Assembly: GCF_000372725.1 (NCBI RefSeq)
Contig: NW_005201202.1
Coordinates: 186,001 to 250,000 of the forward strand
From: Emiliania huxleyi CCMP1516
Taxonomy: Eukaryota
DNA: 64,000 nucleotides
Direction of reading: 5' to 3'
A program made the translations under genes and the position numbers. Below, piece by piece: positions 1 to 11,149 of this stretch (positions within the stretch are counted from its first letter, which is position 1; every line of letters begins with the position of its first letter). The notes beneath the pieces were generated by a model. The model worked only from the letters and a program-made list of their open reading frames with translations, was not told the DNA's origin and ran no database searches.

Positions 1-329
1 TTGCGCCTGAGCTGTCAACCCTCACCGCACTCGCCATCCCCCCTCAATCATGAATGGCGAGTAGGGCCGGTCGCGGCGGCAAAGGAGGCGGTGCTCCCCG
101 CGAGCCGCGAAGTGGTCTGCACTTTGAGCGTGTCATCAAAGCCAGTTACGTGGCTCTGCGGGTGCGCACGGCCGGCCCTGACATGGCCGCGTGTGTGAGT
201 GTGTGTGGAGACTGGTGTGGAGTCCCGCAGACGCACATGAATCTCTCCCCTCGCTGCGCTTACATTGTGCCGCTCATCCCCTTGTCCTCTCACCGATGTT
301 TTCGCCCTCCCTGTGCACTCCTCTTGCAG

Positions 330-447
330 GCTCCTCGCCGTCGCCCTCGTCCTGGTGCTCTTCTACCCGCCGCGCGCGTACCTCCGCGCGGCAGACGCGG
401 CGCGCTTTAGGTCGGCGCGGTCTGTCAAGGAGGGCGACATGCTGTGA
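330..447 (+). CDS. Probable last exon of a gene starting upstream of the window (hydrophobic C-terminus)
   Basis: Pyrimidine tract and CAG acceptor at about 329, then LLAVALVLVLFYPPRAYLRAADAARFRSARSVKEGDML*. Confidence 0.4.
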
Positions 448-1439
448 GCGGTCATGTGGGCTGGTATAGGTAGTGTGTAGCATGAGCGCGCATGTGTCCA
501 TGTCCATGTATCATGGCATGAATGTGTGTTGGGGGGGAGCCCTATGTGCATGTCAGAGTGCTCGACCACAACGTAGTAATGCTAATGGTACGCTTTAGGA
601 GAGAATAGCGTGTGTGAAATAACCCCAGTCCACCCACGGCGCCACGCCCCCAGCCCCCAGCCCCCAGCCCCACCGCCACCCCCACATCCCTGCCGCGGCG
701 GCCTGGCTCGCTGTCTCTTGCAGGACCAACAGTGCAACAATAACCTTTTTTTCGATTAAATGACACTCCGCTCCACCCCGTTCACGCGTTCTGCGTCCTG
801 TGCGTCCTGCGAGTGCGTCCTGCGTCCTGCGTCCAGCTAATCGCCCGCCGCAGGTGGCCGGGTCGCGAATTCTTTACGCCGCCGCCGGGCTCCGAGACTT
901 GCGTTGGGACGTGGGCGGCTGGAATCGCGAGCCCAGAAAGATGATGCTAGTACGACTCGGACAGGGACACGGCCATATGGAGATATCCAGAATGAGGCTT
1001 TCCGGGCCTGCCGCGCGTCCGGCTTAGGCGAGCAGTTCAAGGCTGCGGTGGAGGACGACAGGACGAGGGCACCCCTTCGGCGAGTGTGGCTCGACGAGCT
1101 ACCGTTCGAGAGGTAGCTGCGGCTACCGCCCGGCTGCTCAAGCACCACACGCGCTCCGGCGCGTGGGTCGAGATCACGCCCGGCTTGAAAGTGCCTCACA
1201 CACACAGCACACAGCACACACAGGCCTTATTGCAACACACACACAGGATGTCGCGCACCGCCTCCGCCTCGCGGGGCGCATGGCGGGCGTCTCGGGATCC
1301 AGCCTAGGCGATCCAGCGCCACAGAGGACAGCTTCCCAGTAGCAATCTTGTAGTGTCGGTCGGCGCGGAGGTGAGAGCGTTTGGCGGAGCGGAGGCGGAG
1401 CAGCTGGGCTCTCCCCTGCCAAGATTGCTCAGGCTTTGC

Positions 1440-1712
1440 GCAAGAAAAGAATTTTACAACAAAACTCCCTCGCACACACTAGGGACGGGACTGCGGCGCG
1501 CACTGGCACTAACAAGGTACACCTGTGCAGGAAAAGAATTTTACAACAAAACTCCCTCGCACACACTAGCGACTAGGCACGGGACTGCGGCGCGCACTGG
1601 CACTAACAAGGTACACCTGTGCAAGAAAAGAATTTTACAACAAAACTCCCTCGCACACACTAGCGACTAGGCACGGGACTGCGGCGCGCACTGGCACTAG
1701 CACAGGTACACC
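1440..1712. repeat. Three tandem 87-94-bp units of dispersed repeat family A
   Basis: Unit gcaagaaaagaattttacaacaaaactccctcgcacacactag...gggactgcggcgcgcactggcactaacaaggtacacc starts at 1440, 1527 and 1621. Related single copies at about 22395-22475, 32545-32595, 35990-36060 (reverse) and 43040-43120. Confidence 0.9.
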
Positions 1713-1983
1713 ACGGGAGCCGCCTACGTACGTACGCGGCGACTCCTGCCTGCGAGGACGGCGAGGCAGGCACCTAGCTCCGTGCACTCGACCGCCCTCG
1801 CCGCAGGCAAGCTCATTCACAATCTGCTCTGCGATGGCCGTGTGAGAATGTCTGAGATACGCTGCTTCTGCAGCCCTAGCCAATTCTTGGTGGACCAAGT
1901 AGAAAAAAGACGCCCGCACGATGGCCTCCGATGTACCCCCCCAGTTGTGTGTCGCACAAAGCCATCGCTCAACCCGCTTTGAG

Positions 1984-2155
1984 ATGCCCAAGACGCTCCT
2001 CTCCGTGAACCCGAAGAAGCTCCCGTGGGAGCAGCCAGGACCCTCCCGTGCACAACCGCTGGCACCCGGACATCCCGCCAACCGCCACGGTCGCGGAGGG
2101 CGACGTCTTCCGCGTCGAAACAATCGGTGACGAGAGACGGGGTGCACCGCGCTGT
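1984..2155 (+). pseudogene. Truncated, frameshifted copy of formamidase exon 1
   Basis: MPKTLLSVNPKKLPWEQ, then a 4-bp insertion (gagcagccagga vs gagcagga) relative to the gene at 3738. The copy stops inside intron 1. Confidence 0.85.
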
Positions 2156-2172
2156 ACTACTAAAACCTCCAC

Positions 2173-3099
2173 CCACACTTCATAAGGTGCTCACCTCAAC
2201 ACCTTGGGTGCAGTCCCTCTGACCCTACCCCCCGGTGCCGGTGTGGGCGCTGGCCGGCACACTTAGGTAGAGGTACAGTAAGGTACAGACATTGGGCCAC
2301 TTACCTAAGGTGGAGGTGTATAGGACACCGCGCGCTACCTCGGTAAAGGTACGGGTGAGGTATGGGGGGGGCGCCTCGCCGGACACACGCTCGCCCCTCC
2401 CGACGGCCCCGCCCGACACGCGCTACTCACTCATGCAGCATATGGCGTGTTCTGGAGAACACCGGCGCGCTGGAGCAGTGACATGTCGACGTCACGGAGC
2501 GGGTCGGCGGAGGGTGAGTCGGAGGTCGACGGGCGGGCCGAGCCCGAGCGCCGAGGATGGCGCAGCCGAAGCGGCAGCGTCGGAGCTCGATGGGTCCGGC
2601 GAGGTGGAGGAAGGTGCAGCCGAGGGGGCGGAGACGTTGCCGTGCTTCAGCATGTAGCGCGCGCGATGATCGCCTCCTCGGTGGGCCGCAACCACAGGTA
2701 CTCCTAGTTGTTGTGCACCTTGACGATCTGCCGCAGGCTGCGGGAAGTGCTTGCCCGGGACGTCTCCACCTTGACGGCCCTCGAGACTGTCAGCGGGCCC
2801 GGGTACTGCTTGATCACGTCCATGCCCAGGGTCTGGAGCGTCGTGTTCTGCGTGGAGGAGGGCTTCTTGGGCGCGCCATGAGAGGTTGTTGTGTTTCGCG
2901 CGACGGGCCGTTATTCGCGCGCACCGCCGGTGTGAACGTCTCGAGAGTACCCCAGGTGCCGGTGTGGACATGTGGAGGGTACCTCGGTATAAGGTGCGCT
3001 AAGGTAGCACTCACTCACACACCTAGGTAGCAGGTGTGGGCGCTGCGCGCCTACCACTGTGTCGGTACAAGGTGTACACCTGCACCTTATGAAGCGTGG
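2173..3099 (-). mobile_element. Non-autonomous hAT-like DNA transposon
   Basis: 18-bp TIR CCAC(A/G)CTTCATAAGGTGC; 8-bp TSD ACCTCCAC at 2165-2172 and 3100-3107; AGGT-rich subtermini; decayed minus-strand peptide LRQIVKVHNN*EYLWLRPTEEAIIAR/YMLKH that may be a transposase C-terminus. Confidence 0.85.
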
Positions 3100-3737
3100 A
3101 CCTCCACCCCGTCCTGCGGTCCTGCGTCCAGCTAATCGCCCGGCCGCAGGTGGCCGGGTCGCGAATTCTTTACGCCGCCGCCGGGCTCCGAGACTTGCGT
3201 TGGGACGTGGGCGGCTGGAATCGCGAGCCCAGAAAGATGATGCTAGTACGACTCGGACAGGGACACGGCCATATGGAGATATCCAGAATGAGGCTTTCCG
3301 GGCCTGCCGCGCGTCCGGCTTAGGCGAGCAGTTCAAGGCTGCGGTGGAGGACGACAGGACGAGGGCACCCCTTCGGCGAGTGTGGCTCGACGAGCTACCG
3401 TTCGAGAGGTAGCTGCGGCTACCGCCCGGCTGCTCAAGCACCACACGCGCTCCGGCGCGTGGGTCGAGATCACGCCCGGCTTGAAAGTGCCTCACACACA
3501 CAGCACACAGCACACACACACAGGCACAGGCCTTATTGCACTCGACCGCCCTCGCCGCAGGCAAGCTCATTCACAATCTGCTCTGCGATGGCCGTGTGAG
3601 AATGTCTGAGATACGCTGCTTCTGCAGCCCTAGCCAATTCTTGGTGGACCAAGTAGAAAAAAGACGCACGCACGATGGCCTCCGATGTACCCCCCCAGTT
3701 GTGTGTCGCACAAAGCCATCGCTCAACCCGCTTTGAG

Positions 3738-5530
3738 ATGCCCAAGACGCTCCTCTCCGTGGACCCGAAGAAGCTCCCGTGGGAGCAGGACCCTCCCGTG
3801 CACAACCGCTGGCACCCGGACATCCCGCCAACCGCCACGGTCGCGGAGGGCGACGTCTTCCGCGTCGAAACAATCGGTGACGAGAGACGGGGTGCACCGC
3901 GCTGTGTTTCCTGAGCCTCGCCCCGACTGCCCGTTGCTCTCCCCGATTTGACAGACTGGACCGGCGGCCAAATCAAAAATGACGACTCCGCCGACGACGT
4001 CAAGCACGTCGACCTGACGCAGGCGCGAGTTTGTGGCGCCGATCCCCTCTCTGCGCCCCCCCAGCCATGGCTGCCTGAAGCGCGAATCATCGCCGCAGGT
4101 GCACTACCTGAGCGGGCCGATCAGCGTGCCCACCGCCCAGCCGGGCGACCTCCTCAAGGTCGCACGCCACCACGCCTCCCTTTCTCGGTGCACACGCCCC
4201 GCGCGCTGATTGCACTCGACTGCCGCAGGTCGAGATCCTGGACGTGGGCCCGCTGGCGGGCGACGAGTGGGGCTTCACCGGCACCTTCCACAAGGACAAC
4301 GGCGGAGGCTTCCTCACGGACCACTACCCGGAGGCGACCAAGGCTTGCTGGGACTTCGAGGGCGTCTACGCCCAGTCGCGCCACATCCCCGGCGTCAGAT
4401 TCGCGGGCCTCATCCACCCGGGCCTGATCGGGACCGCGCCGTCGCAAGAGCTGCTCGACATGTGGAACTCGCGGGAGTCCGCGCTCCAGTCGACGGTCGA
4501 TACGCCGAAGATGACCACGACGTGCGCGCGCGCGCGCCCGCTCTCGCGCTCGCACCGTGGGCTCTCCTCACGGCCGCAGCTGTGAGTAGGTGCGCGCACA
4601 TGCACACGCGCCCGCTCGCCACCTGGCCGAACCCGACGGGCGCGATGCTGGGCAAGGTCGGCCACTTCAAGCACGGCCCCAAGGAGGCGGGTTGGGAGAG
4701 GATCGCGGGCGAGGCTGCGCGCACCGTGCCGGGCCGCGAGAACGGCGGCAACTGCGACATCAAGAACCTGTCGCGCGGGTGCTCCCTCTACCTCCCCGTG
4801 TTTGTGCCCGGCGCTAACCTCTCGATGGGAGACATGCACTTCTCGCAGGGCGACGGCGAGGTGTCCTTCTGCGGCGCCATCGAGATGAGCGGCGCCGTCG
4901 ACCTCGAGCTGACTGCACAGCCACGTCTGTGCACGGCGTCTCTTCACGCCGCCAGCTGTGAACAGGCTTCCTTGACCTCAAGCTCACCGTCATCAAGGGC
5001 GGGATGAAGCTGCTGCCCGTCGTCGGCCCGTCGCCGCTCAGCGTCAACCCGATCTTTGAGATCGGCCCCATGGAGCCCCGCTACTCGGAGTACCTCGTCT
5101 TCGAGGGCGTCTCGGTCGACGAGAACGGCGCGCGGCTCTCCGCCGCCGCCTCCAGCTGGTGCCTCTCTCACGGCCAACGAATTACGAGTACTCAGGCGTG
5201 CAGCACTTCCTCGACGCGACGCTCGCGTACAAGCGCGCCGTCCTCAACTGCATCAAGTACCTCGCCAACTTTGGCTACACCGAGGAGCAGATCTACCTCC
5301 TCCTCTCCTGCTGCCCGTGCGAGGGGCGCATCTCCGGCATCGTCGACGTGCCGAACGCCGTCGCCACGCTGGCGATCCCACTCGCGATCTTCGACCGCGA
5401 CGTCCGCCCCAAGGCTGGCGACGCGCTCGAGGCGCTGGCAAAGGGCATCACCATCAAGAAGGTCTTTCCGGACTGCGCCCACGAGTCGACGCCGGACACC
5501 GCGCCCGCGCCCCTCGACCCGCGCCTGTAG
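3738..5530 (+). CDS. fmdA: Formamidase (acetamidase/formamidase family), multi-exon
   Basis: Spliced motifs HNRWHPDIP, DWTGGQIKNDDSADDVKHVDL, VHYLSGP, GGFLTDHYP, GLIHPGLIGTAPS, RENGGNCDIKNLSRG, GDMHFSQGDGEVSFCGAIEM, EGRISGIVDVPNA; TAG at 5528-5530. Confidence 0.95.
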
Positions 5531-6040
5531 AGGCCGACTGCGCCAAGGCGCCCGCTCCCGGGCTGCCCCGGGAGCCGCTCCCGAGGGGCCGCAGCGGACG
5601 GCGCGCGCGCGGCTCCCTCTTCTCTTCTTCTCGCTGGCGCTCCTGGCGGGGCGCCGGCCGGTGTACAGGCATGCGATTCGGGGCGGGTAGGGTATGGCCA
5701 AACCTCAAAGATGAGGTTTGACAGAGGCTGGGCGGAGAGAGCAGCGTCGACGACGCCTCGGGCGGCGCGGCGTAGGGCCCGCGAGATGAGGTTTGATAGG
5801 ACGACGCGCGGCTCTCCACGCTCACGGTCACGCTGATCTCCCCGAGTACGGAGGCGAGGGAGAGAGGCGAGTACGTTATCGGTGTACCATGTGATAGCGC
5901 CTACGCGCTACGGGCGGCAGCCACAGAGGCAGAGCGACGCGGGTTGGGGGCGCGAAATCTCTTTTCGGGTTGTGTCTCGTTTTCGCGGGCTTCTCGGCCC
6001 CTCGAAAAGCTGTGTCAAACACGTTAACTTTTTGGGCCTA

Positions 6041-6596
6041 GAGGGAGCGGACCCTGAGTTGAGGAAATCGGGGGACGCGACCCACTTCGCCACAGACGGT
6101 CCCGCGCCTCGCCGCTATGACGGCCACACGACCGCAGCTCGTGTGCGTGTGGCCGTCTTTGTCCGGAGTGAATACTCCAACGCGCTCGTCGGTGACGGCG
6201 TCCCCCGATTTCGCCGCGCTCGGCGAACCTCGACAGCGCTTTCGGTGGCATGCAGCTCTTTGCGCCTGAAGCCTGGAGAGCAGCTCCTCTGCTGCTCATA
6301 CGCTCTGCACAGTTGGCACAGCCTACTGTGCGGCTGCCACAGCTGTGACAGCGATGGGCTCGCCCTCACTGGCCCTCAGTCACTCGTGCTGCGGCTTGTG
6401 TGAGCGACACTGCTCGGCGACTGCCGGCACACTGTGAGACCATGGGTGTGAGGTAAAACCACGCTACCAGCGCTTGGTCACATCAGCCCTGAGGTCATAT
6501 CCTTCTCCTCTGTTGATGGTAACACTTGTCTACTCGCTGGAGCCGAGCAGGAGGGCTTGGCGCACAACCCCTGTTCAACTCAGGGTCCGCACCCCG
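6041..6596. mobile_element. MITE, Tc1/mariner-like
   Basis: Inverted ends GAGGGAGCGGACCCTGAGTTGA and TCAACTCAGGGTCCGCACCCCG, flanked by TA at 6039-6040 and 6597-6598. Confidence 0.7.
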
Positions 6597-6725
6597 TAAC
6601 AGTTGCACACTATTGTTAGCTGAAATCCTCAACGTTGTTCAAGTGTTCTCCCCAGCCCAAGCTGTTACTGTTTGTTACTGTTGTTACTCTTGTTCAGTGG
6701 TCAGCAAGCAGAAAATGCCAGAAAA

Positions 6726-6783
6726 CCCGGGTAATACCCGAAAATACCCGGGGGTTTCCAGGTATTTTCGGGTATTACCCGGG
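6726..6783. repeat. Perfect 23-bp inverted repeat (hairpin)
   Basis: cccgggtaatacccgaaaatacc (6726-6748) and ggtattttcgggtattacccggg (6761-6783). Confidence 0.9.
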
Positions 6784-7084
6784 GCCCTCGCGAGATCGCC
6801 GCGCGCTCTCGCGTCTCGGCGTCGCTACACGTATACCGCTCTCGCTCGAACTCTCGACTCCCATCTCTTCTAGGAGTCGCTCTAGCCTTTAGGTGTGGCT
6901 CCCCCGAGGCTGCCGTGGTGGTTATGTGTCCGACGCTCCGACCGTGCCGTGCCAGCGCTCCGTCCGTACGCATTTATGTGCGGGGGAGCGGGAGGCGCCA
7001 GGGAGAGAGTCTGTCTCGCGTGATGCCAAACAAACTGCAAAAACTTCGGGTTCGTACAAACATATGTTCGAGTAAGAATCGGGT

Positions 7085-7145
7085 CGCTCCTCATAACCCT
7101 GTCAGCAGTCCTCCTAACGGGAATGTACGTAAGAGCTACATGCAC
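7085..7145 (+). repeat. Terminal fragment of repeat family A
   Basis: gtcagcagtcctcc..cgggaatgtacgtaagagctacat is the reverse complement of about 22135-22200; part of it recurs at 32007-32033. Confidence 0.8.
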
Positions 7146-7153
7146 TGAGAGAG

Positions 7154-7712
7154 TGAGAGAGACAAGTTCGCGGCAACACCGAAGAGCGCGCCCGCCTTGC
7201 AACATGGGCTGCAAGCAACGCGGGTTCCGTGGTCAACGGGCGTTCGACCACACCACCGCCCAAGGCTACGTCAAGTCACAGCGTGGCCACTACCATGACG
7301 GGATCTTCGGCAAACGAAACAAGTTCAACCTGCTTCTTCACGAGACATTCGGCGGTGGCTTATCACGCCAGCAGTTGCAAAGATCAACCGCCTTGCGCGC
7401 AAGGCTCAACGCTCGGGCGTTGACCGCACCGCGTACCCTCCCCACTCCCGCCTCTCATTCATTTGTGTCACACCACGCGGAACGCATCTCCATCGCTTCG
7501 GTGAAGGGGGTGAACCGCGCCATCCTCGATCGCCGTGCAAAGCTCGCTTCCGAGCTCTCACGCCGCGCGAGGGCCCTTAGGGGCCTAGATAGAGAACACA
7601 ACCCCCTCTCTTAAACCGGACCCTTTCTCTTTTCCCCCATTCCTCTTCTCCCCTTTTTCTCCCACTGAGCTAAAAGTACGTACGTTTTCTCCCAGTAAGC
7701 TAAAAGTACGTA
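7154..7712 (+). mobile_element. 5'-truncated non-LTR retrotransposon (CRE-like, restriction-like endonuclease C-terminus)
   Basis: Peptide GHYHDGIFGKRNKFNLLLHETFGGG...VDRTAY...SFVSHHAERISIASVKG with frameshifts; duplicated tail ttttctcccagtaagctaaaagtacgtac; candidate 11-bp TSD cactgagagag at 7143-7153 and 7713-7723. Confidence 0.7.
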
Positions 7713-7729
7713 CACTGAGAGAGAGAAGT

Positions 7730-7829
7730 NNNNNNNNNNNNNNNNNNNNNNNNNNNNNNNNNNNNNNNNNNNNNNNNNNNNNNNNNNNNNNNNNNNNNNN
7801 NNNNNNNNNNNNNNNNNNNNNNNNNNNNN
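7730..7829. other. Assembly gap (100 N)
   Basis: Run of N. Confidence 1.
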
Positions 7830-8131
7830 CCGAGCGCATGACCGGGGAGCTGGCAGACTGTCCTCACGGACCAGACCTTAGCTGAGAGGGCACCTCCGAC
7901 GCTCAGCCACCAGTAGCTGTGTATCTCTCAGCTGAGCCTGGAGTTGAGGCTCGGGCCGTCACGGGAGGGGAGCACGGTTTCATCGGAACTGTCGCGCAGA
8001 CAGGAGCGGCAGCACGCGCCAGCGCGGTGGCAGGGGTCGAGTTGCGATGGCCTATGCGTTGAACAGAGGAGTACTGGCTCCTCTCTGCCTAGAGTTTGTG
8101 CAGTGGCAGTGTGGAGCCGCGGCATGCCGCC

Positions 8132-11067
8132 CGCTCAGACCAGCCGCAGTGACTGCGCCGCGAGCGCCGCGAGCGTGTCCAGGCTGACAGACAGGCGCAG
8201 GCAGCGAGGGCCGAGCGCAGGCGCAGCGGCGCACGCAGCGAGGCACCTGTCAAGCAAGATCCGCACGCCGGGAGCGTCGCTCGGCGTTCGTTCAATTGAG
8301 GCGCGCCAGATCCTCGCGAGATTCTCTGATGACGCAAGCTTTCCTACATATCTATTTTTGTACTCTCTGCTGTACTTTGGGGACGTTATATATTGTAAGT
8401 ACCCGTCCTCAAAGTACAGAAGAGAGTACAGATTTCCCCTCTGCGAAGCCTGCCTTTACATAGTAAAAAAGAAAAGCAGCGCTTTTCCCCTCTTCACGCC
8501 CTCACACAGGCCAAAGTTGGACCCGCGCGAGATCGCCCCCTCGCGCCGTCCGTCGGGCCCGAGCTGTATGTCTGTGCCAGAGGCCTCTCCCGCCCATCGA
8601 TCGCCTCTGGGCTGACTCGTGCGAGCGGTTCTCCGTGTATCGATGGTGGCCAGTAGCCGGCACTGGTTTGCCGGAGGTTGCAGCACACGATGGCTGTGAC
8701 GCGACAGATACCCCTCGGTGCTGCTGAGCGGGTGCCCGACGCGTGTGCGTGGACGAATTCGACCCGCGAGGAATCATTCGAGCCGTTGGTAGCGCACCAC
8801 CTCCGACTGGACACGTCATCTGGCCCTGCGTTGAGGCTGCTGCGCACGCATACCGCCAGGGTGCTCACCACGCAGATGCCAGAGACGCGCCGATTGCGGC
8901 TGCCTCGCTTGCACACGTGTCCACAGACCTCTCCGGTTGACCACTCGGAGATCGGCAAGGCGCGAATTCGCATTTCGGTTCTTCCTCAGAGACAGAAGGC
9001 CCACTCGGCATGCTGCGAGGCAACGCCATCATGTGGCATAAAAGTGCATTCCCTGCCACAGAGAGCCACTCGGTGCAGCCGCGCAGCGGGCTCGTGGCAT
9101 CACCCGTTCCATGTGGAGTGCACGAGGTGCTCGGCGACGGGTGCAGCCCTGATGCGAGTCGTGCTGGCATGCTTACGCTGTGCGCCAAAGGCTCGCCACC
9201 GCCAGGGTCACAAACCTGATCCGCAACGCGATTGTGGCCCTGGTAGGGTGGCTTCCTCGATGGCTTGTGACCACGGCGAGCGAACATTTAGCGACCGGCT
9301 GCGCAGCCCGACGCCGACTTGGCTCACGGGACCCACAAAGCAGCTATCGCGCAGCGCCCGTCGCTGCACGTAGACACTAAACACTGGATACGTCCAACGG
9401 CGTCCAACTTGGTAAAATTCGGTCCAGCTGATTAACCCTGGTACGTGGACAAAAGTATGCGTTTTTCGGCCTCCCCTCCCTAACATTAGCCGGCCAAAAT
9501 GTGCTCCTACCGGCTAATATTAGGGAGGGGGGGGCGGTCGGGTGTCAGACCTAGCGCTAGGCGTGCGAGGCTGACGTATTTTGGACAATCCACCTACCAC
9601 GCTCAGACCAGCCGCAGTGACTGCGCCGCGAGCGCCGCGAGCGTGTCCAGGCTGACAGACAGGCGCAGGCAGCGAGGGCCGAGCGCAGGCGCAGCGGCGC
9701 ACGCAGCGAGGCACCTGTCAAGCAAGATCCGCACGCCGGGAGCGTCGCTCGGCGTTCGTTCAATTGAGGCGCGCCAGATCCTCGCGAGATTCTCTGATGA
9801 CGCAAGCTTTCCTACATATCTATTTTTGTACTCTCTGCTGTACTTTGGGGACGTTATATATTGTAAGTACCCGTCCTCAAAGTACAGAAGAGAGTACAGA
9901 TTTCCCCTCTGCGAAGCCTGCCTTTACATAGTAAAAAAGAAAAGCAGCGCTTTTCCCCTCTTCACGCCCTCACACAGGCCAAAGTTGGACCCGCGCGAGA
10001 TCGCCCCCTCGCGCCGTCCGTCGGGCCCGAGCTGTATGTCTGTGCCAGAGGCCTCTCCCGCCCATCGATCGCCTCTGGGCTGACTCGTGCGAGCGGTTCT
10101 CCGTGTATCGATGGTGGCCAGTAGCCGGCACTGGTTTGCCGGAGGTTGCAGCACACGATGGCTGTGACGCGACAGATACCCCTCGGTGCTGCTGAGCGGG
10201 TGCCCGACGCGTGTGCGTGGACGAATTCGACCCGCGAGGAATCATTCGAGCCGTTGGTAGCGCACCACCTCCGACTGGACACGTCATCTGGCCCTGCGTT
10301 GAGGCTGCTGCGCACGCATACCGCCAGGGTGCTCACCACGCAGATGCCAGAGACGCGCCGATTGCGGCTGCCTCGCTTGCACACGTGTCCACAGACCTCT
10401 CCGGTTGACCACTCGGAGATCGGCAAGGCGCGAATTCGCATTTCGGTTCTTCCTCAGAGACAGAAGGCCCACTCGGCATGCTGCGAGGCAACGCCATCAT
10501 GTGGCATAAAAGTGCATTCCCTGCCACAGAGAGCCACTCGGTGCAGCCGCGCAGCGGGCTCGTGGCATCACCCGTTCCATGTGGAGTGCACGAGGTGCTC
10601 GGCGACGGGTGCAGCCCTGATGCGAGTCGTGCTGGCATGCTTACGCTGTGCGCCAAAGGCTCGCCACCGCCAGGGTCACAAACCTGATCCGCAACGCGAT
10701 TGTGGCCCTGGTAGGGTGGCTTCCTCGATGGCTTGTGACCACGGCGAGCGAACATTTAGCGACCGGCTGCGCAGCCCGACGCCGACTTGGCTCACGGGAC
10801 CCACAAAGCAGCTATCGCGCAGCGCCCGTCGCTGCACGTAGACACTAAACACTGGATACGTCCAACGGCGTCCAACTTGGTAAAATTCGGTCCAGCTGAT
10901 TAACCCTGGTACGTGGACAAAAGTATGCGTTTTTCGGCCTCCCCTCCCTAACATTAGCCGGCCAAAATGTGCTCCTACCGGCTAATATTAGGGAGGGGGG
11001 GGCGGTCGGGTGTCAGACCTAGCGCTAGGCGTGCGAGGCTGACGTATTTTGGACAATCCACCTACCA
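8132..11067. repeat. Tandem duplication of a 1468-bp unit (8132-9599 and 9600-11067)
   Basis: Sequence and ORF track repeat with an offset of 1468; no differences seen by eye. Confidence 0.95.
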
Positions 11068-11070
11068 GGG
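10904..11070. mobile_element. 167-bp piggyBac-like MITE (near-complete second copy at 9436-9599)
   Basis: TIR CCCTGGTA(C/G)GTGGA; TTAA at 10900-10903 and 11071-11074; internal inverted repeat ctccctaacattagccgg / ccggctaatattagggag. Confidence 0.85.
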
Positions 11071-11149
11071 TTAATAGTGCTCCCCGCGATCCGCCGACGA
11101 AAGCTGCGTCAGACAACCACCACAGCCACGTGCATTTGCTTGCAACCGG

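Larger units (their letters stand above)
771..2155 (+). repeat. Direct segmental duplicate of the formamidase upstream region and exon 1 (partner about 3102-3905), carrying an extra insertion at 1235-1786
   Basis: About 820-1234 matches about 3115-3540, and 1783-2155 matches 3537-3905, nearly base for base. Confidence 0.9.

Noticed and set aside
1440..1712. CRISPR-like array
   Set aside because: Units are contiguous near-identical 87-94-mers with no unique spacers, there are no cas genes, and the context is eukaryotic.
8678..10841. 231-aa ORFs within the tandem duplication
   Set aside because: No motifs or clear coding signal; cannot be supported as genes.
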